Position numbers and translations under genes: made by a program. The notes below the pieces were generated by a model, which worked only from the letters and a program-made list of their open reading frames with translations, was not told the origin of the DNA and made no database searches. This document shows, piece by piece, positions 1 to 12,400 of a stretch of DNA of 64,000 nt (within the stretch, counting starts at the first letter, position 1; each line of letters starts with the position of its first letter). This DNA comes from Cyanophora paradoxa CCMP329 (lineage: Eukaryota > Plantae > Glaucophyta): positions 434,001 through 498,000 of the forward strand of contig QPMI01000036.1 of the NCBI GenBank assembly GCA_004431415.1, written 5' to 3'.

Positions 1-462
1 GGGACCGCAAGGGAGCTCTCGGCCCTCGCCGGGCGAGCGGGGCGGCGGCGAGGGACCAGGTTACCGACGCGCACCTCGTCAAGGGCGGCCTCTGCCAGCT
101 CCTCCGCCGTGCGCTGAATGCGCGCTGAGCTATTCTCCATGTCTTCTCAACAGAAGAGGCTTGACGGAGCGCCCCGCTCCCGCATCACGCGGCTGCAACG
201 CCACCAACGCCGGGACGCGGCGCGGCTGCAGTTCGAAGCCCAGGAAGCCAACAGAAGGATACTTTAGATTCCCGGCTCGCTCGCGGCAGTTAGCTATGCC
301 GAGGTTGCGAAGAGACCGGTGCCCGGCCAAATTCGTCGGGGAGATCCAGGGGTGCAAGCAGCTTTTAGCGTTGATCTTCTGCTCAATAAACTTGGACTCG
401 CTTGGTCATGCGGCCGCTGGAAACGAAAGCCGCTTTTCTGGGGTACAGCTGTTCGTCCCGTG

Positions 463-2248
463 ATGCTGGCGCTGGCGTTCTCAAAGCGGCCGAGCGCACG
501 CGCGCTCGCGGCCCTTGTGCCAAGGCGGTACGCCTCGGTGGACTGGAAGGTGCCCGCCGCCGACCTTCTTATGCCGCCGAGCCCCGAGCGGTCTTCCTGC
601 AGACCGCCGGCAACCGGCCGCTCCGCGAGGTCGATCCCGATGTGTTCGACATCATAGAAAAGGAGAAGAACCGCCAGTGGAAGGGCCTTGAGCTGATCGC
701 TTCTGAGGTCCGAGGGCTCGCAAGGCCCGCGCGCGCCGCCGCGGGCTGAATCGCTGCAGAACTTCACCTCCCGTGCGGTGCTCGAGGCTCTGGGGTCATG
801 CATGACGAACAAGTACTCTGAGGGCCTGCCCGGCGCCAGGCACGCAATGCCAATCAAGCGGCCCGCCGCGCGCAATGACGCGAGGCGGCCGCAGGTACTA
901 CGGCGGCAACGAGTTCATCGACCAGAACGAGCGGCTGTGCCAGAAGCGCGCTCTGGAGGCCTTCCGCCTCGACCCCGAGCTCTGGGGCGTGAACGTGCAG
1001 ACCCTCTCGGGTGCGCCGCGCCGCCGCCCGCGCCCGCCCGCTCCGACGCCGGCACCCGGGCAGGCACGCCGGCGAACTTCGCCGTGTACACTGGCGTCCT
1101 CAAGCCGCACGACCGCATCATGGCGCTCGACCTCCCCCACGGCGGGCAGTGCGCCCCGCCCCCGCCCCCGCCCCGCCCCGCCCGCCCGCCGACGACAACG
1201 GACCGCAGCCTCTCGCACGGGTACATGACGGACAAGAAGCGCGTCTCGGCCACCTCCATCTTCTTCGAGTCGATGCCGTACCGCCTGAACCCCGTGCGCG
1301 CCGTACCCCCGGCGCCCTCGCCCCCCACGGCCCGCCGACGGGGCGCGTCAGGCGACGGGCATCATCGACTACGACCGCCTGGAGGAGAACGCGGCGCTCT
1401 TCCGGCCCAAGCTCATCGTCGCCGGCGCCTCGGCCTACCCCCGCAACTACGACTACCCCCGCATGCGCAAGGTCGCGGACAACAGCGGGGCGTACCTCAT
1501 GGCCGACATGGCCCACATCAGCGGCCTCGTGCGCCCCTCCGCCCCGCCCCGCCGCGCGGGCCGCCGCCGACGCGGGCGGGCGGGCGGGGCGGCAGGTGGC
1601 GGCTGGCCTGGTGCCCTCGCCGTTCGACCACTCGGACATCGTCACGACGACGACGCACAAGACGCTGCGGGGCCCCCGCGGCGGCATGATCTTCTTCCGC
1701 AAGGGCACTCGCTCCAAGGACGCCAAGGGCAACGGTCCGCGCGCCGCCCGCCCGCCCCGCCGGCGCGCCGGAACGCGGACCGAAGCGCGTGCGTGCGGTG
1801 GCAGTGACGATGTACGACCTGGAGGATAAGATCAACTCGGCGGTCTTCCCGGGGCTGCAGGGCGGCCCGCACAACCACACCATCGCGGCCCTCTCCGTCG
1901 CGCTCCTCGAGGCCAACTCGGAGCCCTTCCGGGCCTACCAGAGGCAGGTCAAGGCCAACGCGCAGCGCATGGCCGCGGCTCTCATGTCCAAGGGGTACAC
2001 CCTCGTCTCCGGCGGCACCGACAACCACCTCGTCCTCCTCGACCTCCGGCCCAAGGCCCGCCGCGCCGGGCCCGCTCGCCCCTCTTAATCGGTGCGGCTC
2101 ATGCCGGGCGGCGCAGGGGACGGACGGGGCGCGGGTGGAGCGCGTGCTTGAGCTGTGCCACATCACGGCGAACAAGAACTCGGTGCCCGGGGACAAGTCC
2201 ATAGTCGCGACACTTTTTCTGCAGTGGAGCGCCAGGACAAGTCCATAG
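463..2248 (+). pseudogene. SHMT: Serine hydroxymethyltransferase, mitochondrial-type, 3'-truncated
   Basis: Spliced exons give the presequence [25 protein letters not shown], then [41 protein letters not shown], the PLP motif [21 protein letters not shown] and ANKNSVPGDKS. The expected downstream GIRxGTPA and C-terminal helices are absent; the frame stops at TAG 2246-2248. Confidence 0.9.
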
Positions 2249-3266
2249 TCTCTTCCCGCAAGGTACTCGAGCTGCAACTCTAGCTGCCGCATACGGGCAC
2301 TGCAGCAGCAGTCCTAGCTGTCTTCGCCACCGCGGCGCTCGCTGAGATTGTTCGCTTCCGTCCGCGCAGCTCGCGCTGGCCATCAAAGGCTGCGCGGATC
2401 GCGAGCCAGTCGTACGTAGCGCCTATGCCGCTCGCTAACGACGGCTGCTCACGCGATCGCGCAGGGAATGAAGGCTGCTCTTGTATCCGTAGCGGAGGCG
2501 CTGGAAAAGGTCTGCTCCACCTCCCCGCGGGATGCGGATGTCATTTAACAAAGGCTCTCGCGCTTGCAGCTGGAGAAGGACAGGACAGTGGCGTCGGATC
2601 GCATCTACGCGCATTTGGTGCAGAAGGGCAAAGTATACGAGACGGCGCAGAAGAACTTAAAGGATGCGCTGAAGGCAAGGGAGGCCGCGAAGAAAAAGGT
2701 CGGTCGCCCGCCGGCGCGCCGCGCGCACGCGCTGCCGCGCTGAGCTTCACGCAAGATGCTTGCGAAAAAGCACGCGCTGGACAAGATGAATAAGAGCGTT
2801 CAGACAGAAAAGGTGCGGCCGAGCGGCTGAGCGCGGCGCCTAGCTCGACGCCGACGGCCGCCGCGTGCAGCTGGGCAAGGCGCAGCGGGCGTACGACGAC
2901 GCGCTGCGGGAGGCGGCGCAGGCGGACGCGGCCCTCAAGGACACGCTGGAGGGCTTCGAGCGGAGGCGGATCCAGGACGTGCGGGGCGGCTTCATGGAGC
3001 TCGGTCCGGCCCGGGCCCCGCCCGCCCGGGGGGGGGGGGGGGGGGGGGGGTTCCCGCGCGGCCTCTGAGCGGGGGCGCCGCAGCGCACGCGGAGATGCTC
3101 TTCCACGCCGACGCCGTGCAGCACCTCACGCGGGCTTTCGCGCGGCTAAAGGGTCCGCCCAGCGCGCGCCGCCCCCACCCGAGCGCGAGCGACGCGCGCC
3201 GTCTCAGATGTCGGGGAGGACGTGGAGGTGACCGAGCTGCTGGACCGCTGGAAGGAAGCCGCATGA
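2225..3266 (+). pseudogene. FAM92/CIBAR-like BAR-domain protein, 5'-truncated
   Basis: Spliced exons read GMKAALVSVAEALEK...LKDTLEGFERRRIQDVRGGFMELAHAEMLFHADAVQHLTRAFARLKDVGEDVE, resembling the FAM92 C-terminal BAR helix (LEETI.NF..QK.KDIK.IF..F..IEMLFHGKALE). No start exon is visible because SHMT sequence lies directly upstream. Confidence 0.7.
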
Positions 3267-3614
3267 GGCGTGCGACGATCTCTTCCCGAAGCCGCCCTCT
3301 CCCAACCCACGTCGTGCCCGGGCCGGCCCCGGCTGCAGACCCTCCGGATCCCACCCCATGCCCCGCCCCCACGCGCACCCCGGCCCATACTCCGCCCCCT
3401 TGTGCTTTTCAGCGCCAATCATGCCATCATTTCAGCGCCTCTTGAATGGTCTGTAAAAGGGCCGCGACGGGCCGCCAGCGCCGGCGCCCGCTTGGCCGCT
3501 GGCAGCGCTGGCTGCGCTGCCGGTCGGGGGGTACACTCGTTCGGAAGCCATCATTTCAGCTCGGTTCTCCTGCAGCTACGTACCGGTACCGCAGTGCCCC
3601 GTGTGTAGCCGACA

Positions 3615-4943
3615 ATGCCGGTCCAGACACTGCAGTCTGCCGAGGCGCTGAAGCAGCTCCAGCGAGATGAACCTGGCGTGGTGCTGTTGCTCTACTTCCG
3701 CGCGGACTGGTGCCAGTACGTCGCATGCACCTCTTTGCCATCTTGAGATGCACGTTGACGCCTCCGTGCGAAGGCCGTGCGGCCAAATGGACGTTGTCGT
3801 CGAGAGCTTGGAAGACAAGCACAAGCCCGCGCTGAAAGCGCTCAAGGTACGGCGTCGCTGCCGTCGCCATGCACGCGCTCCAGCGTGGGACTGAGCGCCG
3901 CGCTGCAGGTCGAAGCGGAGGAGGTGCGAAGACGGTCGCTTGACGACGTACGCGCGCTGACCGACTGCTGCAGCTCTCCGACGTATCAGAGGCCTACTCG
4001 GTGGCGAGCGTCCCGACGTTCGTCCTCGTTCGCGTGCGTTACGCGCAGCGGAAATTCCCCGCTAGGCCCGACGTGCCAGCAGGGCTCGCGGACGCTGGAC
4101 ACCTTCGTCGGCGCAGACGCTCCCGAGCTCGCAAAGCGCGTTGCAGCCGCGCTCGGGTCGAGCGGCCCAGCGGTCCCGCCGCCTGCGCCAAAGGAGGATC
4201 TCAACACGCGCCTCGGCAAGCTCGTCACTTCCGCTCCAATCATGCTGGTCAGTTTGCTGTGTGCGTTCGCTGCTTTTTGCGCGCCTCACCGCCCCGCCCA
4301 GTTTATGAAGGGAAGCCCAGAGCAACCAGTCTGCGGTCAGCGCCCCGCGTCCCGCTGCGCCGAAGCGCGCTCACTGCCCGCAGGCTTTTCGAGGCAAATA
4401 GTACAGGTTCTCGAGCACGCCGGCGCGGCCCCCGGGACCTACGGTGCGCAATACGCGGGGCCTCGCCCCCGGCAAACCCGCAACATTTCCGCGCTGCCCC
4501 CGCTGCCCTCCTGACTCTCTGCCGCTCTTCTTCTGGCAGGGTCTTTCAACATCCTCGCCGACGAGGAGGTACGCGGGCTCGCTTTGTTCGCGCACTGCCC
4601 GCGGCCTCTCGGGCTCGCAGCCGACGCTGACGTCCGCGCCGCGCCGCAGGTCCGGCAAGGCCTCAAGGAGTGCGCTTTGCGGGGGGGCGGCGCCGCGCGC
4701 CCCGCCGGGCCTGATCCCCACGCAGGTTCTCGAAGTGGCCGACGTTCCCTCAGCTGTACATCAGCGGGCAGCTCGTCGGGGGCCTCGACATCGCGTGCGC
4801 CCTTGCGCGGCCGAGCGCCGCGTTCCGGTCCTGCCCGGGACGACCCGCGCGGGGGGCGGCGGCGCAGGAAGGAGATGTTCGAGACGGGCGACCTGCAGTC
4901 CATGATCGCGGAGGCCAAGGCCGGGGCCACCGCGAGCGCGTAG
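3615..4943 (+). CDS. GLRX3: Monothiol glutaredoxin with N-terminal thioredoxin domain (Grx3/PICOT/GRXS17 type)
   Basis: Trx domain (FRADWCQPC, VEAEE, SVPTF), then [35 protein letters not shown] and LVGGLDI; many small exons. Confidence 0.92.
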
Positions 4944-5161
4944 CCGTCCCGCCACTCTCGCCCCGGCCCCCGCGTACGTGCGCGCGCGCAGCGCCCCCTC
5001 GCCGCATCTCACCGCCCGCAGGGGTCGGAGCCCGCTCCCAATCCTTCAGTGCTGCGCGCGCGCGCGAAAGATCGCGCTGCCGCGCGGCGCTCCGGAGCGA
5101 CCGCTGCGGCGCTGCGGCGCCACCTCTCCAGAGCGCCTGGCCCGGACTGGGCGTTGGGGCT

Positions 5162-5331
5162 GCTCAATTTCCGAGGGCTCGGGGTACACGCATTTTCACC
5201 CGAGAAGGCGCCGCTACGAGCACAGAGAAACGGAGTCTTGAAGATCGATTGGGGATTGGCTCAATTTCCGAGGGCTCGGGGTACACGCATTTTCACCCGA
5301 GAAGGCGCCGCTACGAGCACAGAGAAACGGA
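5162..5331. repeat. Two identical 73-bp direct repeats (5162-5234 and 5259-5331)
   Basis: gctcaatttccgagggctcggggtacacgcattttcacccgagaaggcgccgctacgagcacagagaaacgga occurs twice with a 97-bp period. Confidence 0.95.
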
Positions 5332-5927
5332 TTCCCAAGCGTCCTGCGCACGCTCTTATCCGCACCCCGCGGCTTGCGTCATCCTGGTTAGGCTAGCGGA
5401 CCCTCAGGAGGCCCTCGCAGCCGCATCTGAACAGAAGCAAGCGCGCTTCTTGCGCTCGGCAGCCTTGCTACCTACGCCCTTCGCCCCAGCAACGTGATCT
5501 GCGCGTGAGTTTTAGCTCTGTGGATGAGCCGGCAAGCCAGGTGAAGCGAACAGCGTTACCGGGCGACCAGTTAGCTCCGAATACGCGACACAGCTCTAGC
5601 AGGTGCGCCCCCGGTGCGTGGCTGACCCTTTAAACACTAAACTAGGATCGGGCTTTCGTACGGGGCGCGCTGCGCCGCTTCCTCCTGCGCTGCAGCGAGT
5701 GTTCACTATCATGCGATTCGGCTGGTGTGCCTGCGGGGAGGGCGATCGTGCGGAGCAGCCGCTAATGGGGCGACTTGATATCTTCCTTCTTTCTCGATCG
5801 GAAATCTGGGCAGAGCGCGTCTCTCCCTTAGTTGGTGGCACTGAGAGGGCATCTCAACTGGACGCCAATCGTCGTTCTTATGCGTCCTCTTCTGACCGCA
5901 GGTTTCTTGCCCGCAGAGTGTCCCAGG

Positions 5928-8364
5928 ATGTATGAAGCACTGTCTGGAGGGGATGGCGGTTTCCTGGGAAGGAATCCTCACGCTCAGCACGGGTTTTCGC
6001 TGGACGCCGCCTTCTCCTCTCTAGATCAGGTGCCGCCGATTCCGACCCTTGGTGCCCTCTGCCCTTCCGCCTCTTACGCTTACCGTCAGTCCCGCTCGGC
6101 CATTGCGGCCGCTGCCGCGGCCGCCGCCGCTGCGGCCTCGGCCGCGAACGCGGGAGGAGCGGCCGGCCTCCTCGGCACCGGCTCGGCGTCATTCTCCTCC
6201 GCGAACATGCTCCCGGCGACGCCTCCTTCGAAGAATTGCTGTGCGAAGTGCGGTAGCCCCGGTCATCTGGCCAAGTCCTGCCGGTGCCCCCTCTCGAACT
6301 CGCGATTTCCAAGGCCGGGACTCGGCTCCTGCTGACGCCGCGGCCTGGCAGCCTCCCCAATTTTGCTCGTTTCTGCTACAAGTGTGGAGATCCCTTTCAT
6401 CTGGCCAGCCAGTGCGCCCTCGGAAGGCGGTCCGTGCCCCTGCCCCCTCGGAGCTCGCATGGGCGCCATCGCCCTGGGCCGCGAAAATCTGACGCGTACG
6501 GTGCCCGCCGACCGCAGGTGTTTCGTGTGCGGCGACACGAGCCATCAGGCGAACCTGCACGGCCTCTTCTGCACCCGGTGCAAGAGCCACTGCCACTTCG
6601 TCGCGCAGTGCCGCATGCCCGAGAGTTTCTCCGGGGGCCGATGTGCGCGCGAAAGCTGCTTGCAGCTGCCCCTCCTTGAGGCCGCGCCTGAAACGCGGCC
6701 GCGCAGACTGCTTCCGCTGCGGGGACCCCGGCCACCTCGTCAGCCACTGTACGGCGAACCTGTCGACGGGCAACGCGCAGCTTGGTAACCGCGAGCGGCG
6801 GCACTCGCTGGGGCCCGTGCTACCCTCGGGGCCCGGCGGCGGCCTGCCGTCGACGGCGGCGGCGGCGGCAGCAGCAGCAGCAGCAGCAGCGGGGGGCTCG
6901 ATGAACGGCGGGCAGCTGATGCGGATGGCCGGCGGCTCTCTGCACGCGGGCGCCGGACAGGGCGGCGTCCTCCACGGGGCGGGCTCCCTGCTGTCGGCGG
7001 CGAACGGGTCGCTCCACGGCCCTGGCTCCAGCCACGGTGCCTCCCTTCACGGCTCCATGCACGGCTCCGTGCACGGCTCGCTTCACGGGGGTTCGGTGCA
7101 CGGGATGAGCCCCGGCGGCTCCCAGCACGGGCCCGGCGGCTCGGGCCCCAGCTCGCTGGCTGCCCTGGCGGCGGCCGGCCTGCTCCCGATGGAGCACGGG
7201 CAGAGCCTCTCGCCGCGGGAGCTGCTGGCGCTGGACAGCCAGCTGCGGGAGCAGGCGGTGGCGGCGCGGCTCCAGCAGCACGTGGCGCAGCTCGTGGCGC
7301 GCGGCGCGAGCGAGGACAGCGAGTCGCTGATGATGCGCGCCGAGGCCCTGTACCGGGAGCTGGCGGGGGACCCGGAGGACGCCCTCCGGCGGCTCTCCCT
7401 GCAACTCCAGCAGTTCCAGATGCGATCCGCCGCCGCCGCCGCCGCCTCCGCCGCGGCCGGCTCGAGCTCGCACGGGCATCAGTCGCAGTCGCAGCAGCAG
7501 CAGCAGCAGCAGCAGCAGGCCGGTTATGCCCAGCACCACGGCCTGGGACACGACGAGGAGCCGGAGTCGCCGGGCGTGCGGAGCTCGCGGGCCGACTCGG
7601 CCGGCAGCGACTCGGCGCCGCACCACGCGCAGCACTCGCACCCGCACTCGGGCGTCTTCTCCGCCTCCTCCCTCTCCGCCTCGCCCGGCTCGCCCTCGGG
7701 GGCCCACCGCGAGGGCCCGCACGGCGCCGAGCAGCCGCCCTCGCACCGCCTGCCCCCGCAGGCCCTCCCCCGCGTCCGCTCGGGCGCCCGGGCCGGCACG
7801 CCGGAGCAGCAGCAGGCGGCGGCGGCTGCGGCGCAGCAGCAGGCGGAGATGATGCTCGAGATCTGCTCGCGGCAGGGCTACTTCGCCCACCCGCTGACCC
7901 TGGATCTCCGCACCTCGAGCCCCGGCGCCGAGGCGGAGCACAGCAAGGCGGCTGCTGCGTCGTCTGCGGCTTCAGCGTCGGCCGCGTCGGCGGCGGCCGG
8001 GGCCGGCAGCAGCGTGCGGGCGGGCGCGGGGCGGCTCTCGGTCGGCGTCATGGCCGCCTCGAGCGCCGACTCGTCCCCCGCCGGCACTGCCTCGCGATCG
8101 GCGAGCAGCAACGGGAACAGCCCCTCGGGCTCGCTGCGGGGCGGCACCGCCTACGAAGGCGCCCGCCGCCCCATCTGCGGGCCCTGCCGCCGGAGCCTCG
8201 GCGACATCGCGCTCGACGGTCCGCCCCGGACCCCCTCCTCCTTTCTTTCCTTTCGCCCTGTTTTTTCGTCCGCTGACGGCGGGCGGCGGGGCGCAGCGCT
8301 GACCGCCAAGGCGGCCGACGACCCGTCCGTGTGCGGGATCTGCCGGCGGCACGTCACGGCGTAA
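5928..8364 (+). CDS. Multi-CCHC zinc-knuckle protein with a long low-complexity region
   Basis: Knuckles CAKCGSPGHLAKSC, CYKCGDPFHLASQC, CFVCGDTSHQANLH, CTRCKSHCHFVAQC and CFRCGDPGHLVSHC; poly-A and poly-Q tracts, GSxHG repeats, and C-terminal CxxC...CxxC. A probable 5'-UTR intron runs from about 5603. Confidence 0.8.
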
Positions 8365-9421
8365 CTCGCACCGCCTTCGAGTGCCCCTCGGGGCCTCCAG
8401 GGCGTGATCATGATTCTCTATCTCCGATGTCCATATACCTTTCATGAGTTCTCTACGAAATGTAGTTGCTCTTCTTGCGTGCAGATTTTCATCGCGTTTG
8501 GCGTATGGTAGGACCAGCTAGCAGGTGGTTTCGTGTTACATTTCATGGAAGTTAAGTCGGCGGCGTCGTCGCCAACCGTTTTGTTTTAGCCCGCAGGGCT
8601 GTGTAGAGCTATAGCTAAGAGCACCTGTCACCCTTGTAGATATGCAATTGCAAGCTCTTAGAACGGAGACTGCCCAGTACCTGCAGATCGAACAGACAAA
8701 GAGCAGTTCGTTTGGGGTTCGTTGTGCATAGTTTGAGAGCTCGAGTAGTCTGATACCCCAGGTAGGCTCAAATTCAATTCCGCGCAGTCGACGTATTCAA
8801 TGTGTCCAAGTGTCCTTACATATCTTGTCAGTCTTTTTCAGTTTTTAGTCCCTGAGCTGGACGAGGAGGATCCAGTCGTTATCTCTATTCTATTGCCGTG
8901 ATGCCGACTACGTATACCGCTTCTTGATCAGGGGGGGCCTCCTAACTTAGCTATCTTTCGAAATCCTACAGTAGAGTATCTAGTTGATGCTTCCTTGCAG
9001 ACTTTCTTTTGCGTGCTTGCTCAGGCTGTCGCATATGCATGCGCAGCCCGGCGGCCAGCAGTACAAAAAGTATGACTTGTGGGTCCAATTATTTCGTCCT
9101 CGATTTATATGGCTGAGTGAGATTTCGGCAGCTACAGTGTGAATATTGTGAAATGAAGTGTAGTTCGCAGCCAATTGCAAATTCAAAGCGAACGTGCGGG
9201 CGTGTGGGCGGGACGTCGACAGGGAGACTTGGCCATGGGGCACGGGGTTGGTGGTCTTGCAATTGCATTAGTGTTCGTTGAGAAGAGAGCGTGCTACGGG
9301 CCGGGACGAGGCGGGGGGGAAACAAGGGGCACGGGGCGAGGGGGCGAGGGGCGAGGGGCGGGGCGGGGCGGGAAGGGTCGCGGAGGGGGAGAAGGAGGGG
9401 CGGCTGGGCGGAGGGGGCGCC

Positions 9422-12400
9422 TCACTTGGCGAGGGAAAGAATGCCCCCCGAGGAGGACTCGGCGCCGAGGGCCGTGAAGCCAGTGATGGGGCACACGCTC
9501 CCCTTGTGCTCCGGCAGCGCCGCCGCCGCCGTGTAGGGGCACCGCACGCTCGGCTGGCCCTTCGCGATGGGCACAAGGGAGACGCAGCAGATCTGGAACG
9601 ACTGCCGGTCGTCGTACCTGCCGGCGGCGGGCGGGCGGGCGTGAGAACGGGGCGGCGGGGCGGAGGAGAGGCGCGGGGCGGGACGGCGGGCGGACCGGAG
9701 CTGCTCGGCGTTGTTGGGGGTGGCGTCGCAGAGCTGGAGCATCTTGCGGGCCTGGGCAGCGACCTCGGGCTTGGGGTTAAGCTCCAGGAGGCGCTTGCAG
9801 AAGGAGGCGGCGGTGAGGAAGTTCTTGATCTTGTACGCCGCGTTCATCGCCGAGCGCAGCGCCAGCTGCAGGTGCATCGGCTGCGCGGCGGGGGGAGGCG
9901 TCAGCGAGGAGAAGAGAGGGAGGGAGAGAGGGGGCGGCGCGCCTGGAGGTTGCAGTGGGTGAAGTAGGCGGCGAGCTCGCAGGCGCGGACGGCGTTCTCG
10001 GCGCTCGCCTTGCGCTGCGCCTCGATGCGCATCGCGAGGAGGTACTCGCGGCAGATCCCGACCAGCTCCTTGATCTCGTTCGCGTCGTCGCGCGAGTCCA
10101 CGGTCACGAGCGGCAGCGCCGTCACGATGTACTGGAAGAGCGCCGACGCCTCGCTGAACTTGCCCTCCGTGACCGCCTTGTACGCCAGCCGGAGCCGCTC
10201 GACGAGCGGGGGCAGCGAGAGCGCGACGGCGGGGCTCCCGACGGGGCCGCCCCCGCCCCGCGTCGGCGGGTGCTCCGGCATGTTCCGCAGGATCGGGAAG
10301 CGGACGGCGGGGGCCGAGGGCGTCCCGGCGAAGCCGCCGTGCGCGCCCAGGTAGATCGCCATGAAGTGCTGCTTGAAGGGGGCGAAGTTGACGACGCCGA
10401 GCTGCGAGTGAAGCAGCTGCATCGCGCTCTCGAACGAGCCGGCCGCGCAGTGCTCGGCGGCGAGCTGGCTGTGCTGCTGCCAGTACTGCGAGGCCGAGAC
10501 GCCGGCCGTCGGGGGCACGTAGTACTCCTTGCCGGCGCCGCCGGCCTTGGCGCCCGAGCCCGAGGGGCCGGCGGGGACGTCGGGGATGACGAGGTCCTCC
10601 TCCATGTCCCAGCCGCCGCCGCCCGAGTCGCCCACGCTCGCCTTGATCGCAGCCATGATGTCTGCGCCCGAGTCAGAGCCGGCGGGCGGGCCGCGAGCTG
10701 TGCGCAGGGCGCAGCGCGGGGCCGCGCACCCTCGCCCTCGACCTCGGGGAGCTTGACGTCGTCGCCCCAGCCGGCGCCGCCGCCCGAGCCCGACGGCTCG
10801 CCGTCCAGGTCGCCGTAGTCGGCGCCGGCGCCCTCGCCGCCGGCCGCCGCGAGGCGCTGCGAGGCCAGGAAGGCCTTCTCGTCGCCGGCGCTGCCGCCCT
10901 CGAACATCCCCTTGCGGAAGACGATCGTGGGCCAGTTGCCCTCCCGGATGATCGGCACGGGCGGCTGCAGCAGGCGGGCGCCCTCTGGGTTCAGCGCCGG
11001 CAGCGCCTGGCCCTTCTCCAGAAGGTGCGCGCCCAGCGCCTCCGCCTCAGCCTGCAGACCGTGCGTCGCCGCGCAGGCGAACGCCAGGCCCACTGCGCGA
11101 TCGCGCCTCTTCAGAAAGAGGGAAAGAAACGGATAGAAAAGAGGGCGCACGCTGGCCGGCCTGCTCGAGGACGGCGAGGCGCTCGGCGACGTCGCCGATG
11201 TAGAGGGCGTTCTGGAAGCGGCCCATGACGTCGCCGCGCATCTCCGCGATCTTGAGCATCTTGCGCAGCTTGTCGACGTTGCCGGTGATGAGGTACAGGA
11301 ACGAGAGGCGCTCGAAGTTCTTGGTGCGCTGGTAGCACATCTCGACGACGCCGAAGTTGCCCTGGCGCAGCGCCTCGACGCCGAGGCGGTGCCAGCACTC
11401 CTTCTCGTCCAGCGCCGTCGCCGACGCCATGGCGATCTCGAGGTTGCCGCACTCGAGCGCGAGCCCGAAGCGCGTGCGCTCGTCCTTGACGAAGTGGAGG
11501 GCGACCTCGGGGAAGCCCTTCTGCTGGAGGTACGCGATGATGGACTGCCCGCAGAGGCGCGAGTCGCGGATGAGGCGGACGACGTCGTCGTACTTGCGCT
11601 GCAGGAGCGCCAGCTTGAAGAGGAACTCGGCGCACTCGATGGAGAGCGTCCGGCACTTGCCCTCGCGGTCCAGACAGTGCACCGTGCTGCCGCGCACGCG
11701 CGAGACGTACACCGGCACCTCCAGCGTGCGAATGATCCCGTTGTCCCCGTTCGGCAGGCAGTACTTGATGTGGTTGAGCGTCGTGTAGATGAAGACGCCG
11801 TTCTCGTCCCACGCCCCGCTCTTCACGCGGATCTGCGCCCCGCGCGCTCAGCCGCCGGCGGGCGGCCCCGGTGCGGGCGGCGCGCACGGTCTCGTGGACG
11901 GTGCAGAGGTGCTCCAGCTTGCGGTTCGCGATGATGATCGCTGCGCGGCCGAGTCGGCGAGGTGCGGAAAGAAGGGACGGAAAGGAAAGGTGGCCCGCAC
12001 CGTGCTTGCCGAGGAGGGCGACGAAGGACATGTCGGGGGACCAGACGACGTACTTGATGGCCGGCGTGCCGAGCTCGCCGATCGCCTTGCGCTGCTGGAT
12101 GTCGAAGAGCGTCATCTTCTCCTCGGAGCGGAGCAGCAGGGCGCCGGTGCCAGCGTAGAAGAGCATGTCGGTCGTGACGTGCGGCGGCGAGAGCTTCTTC
12201 GTCACCTCGTTCTTCAGGTCCTTGATGAGGATCTGGTGGTGCTTGTCCAGCACAGCGAAGCGGTTGCGCGCCACGAAAACCGCCGAGTTGCCGCTCCCGC
12301 GCTTGGCGTCCATGCCGTCCGCCCCGCGCCCGTCCTTGGGAATCACGTAGAGCTCGTACGTGCCGCCGTCGGCGTCCGTGCAGACGAGCGCGGCGTTCTC

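Noticed and set aside
1-140. Possible minus-strand gene start MENSSARIQRTAEELAEAALDE divergent from SHMT
   Set aside because: Too short at the window edge to support a call.
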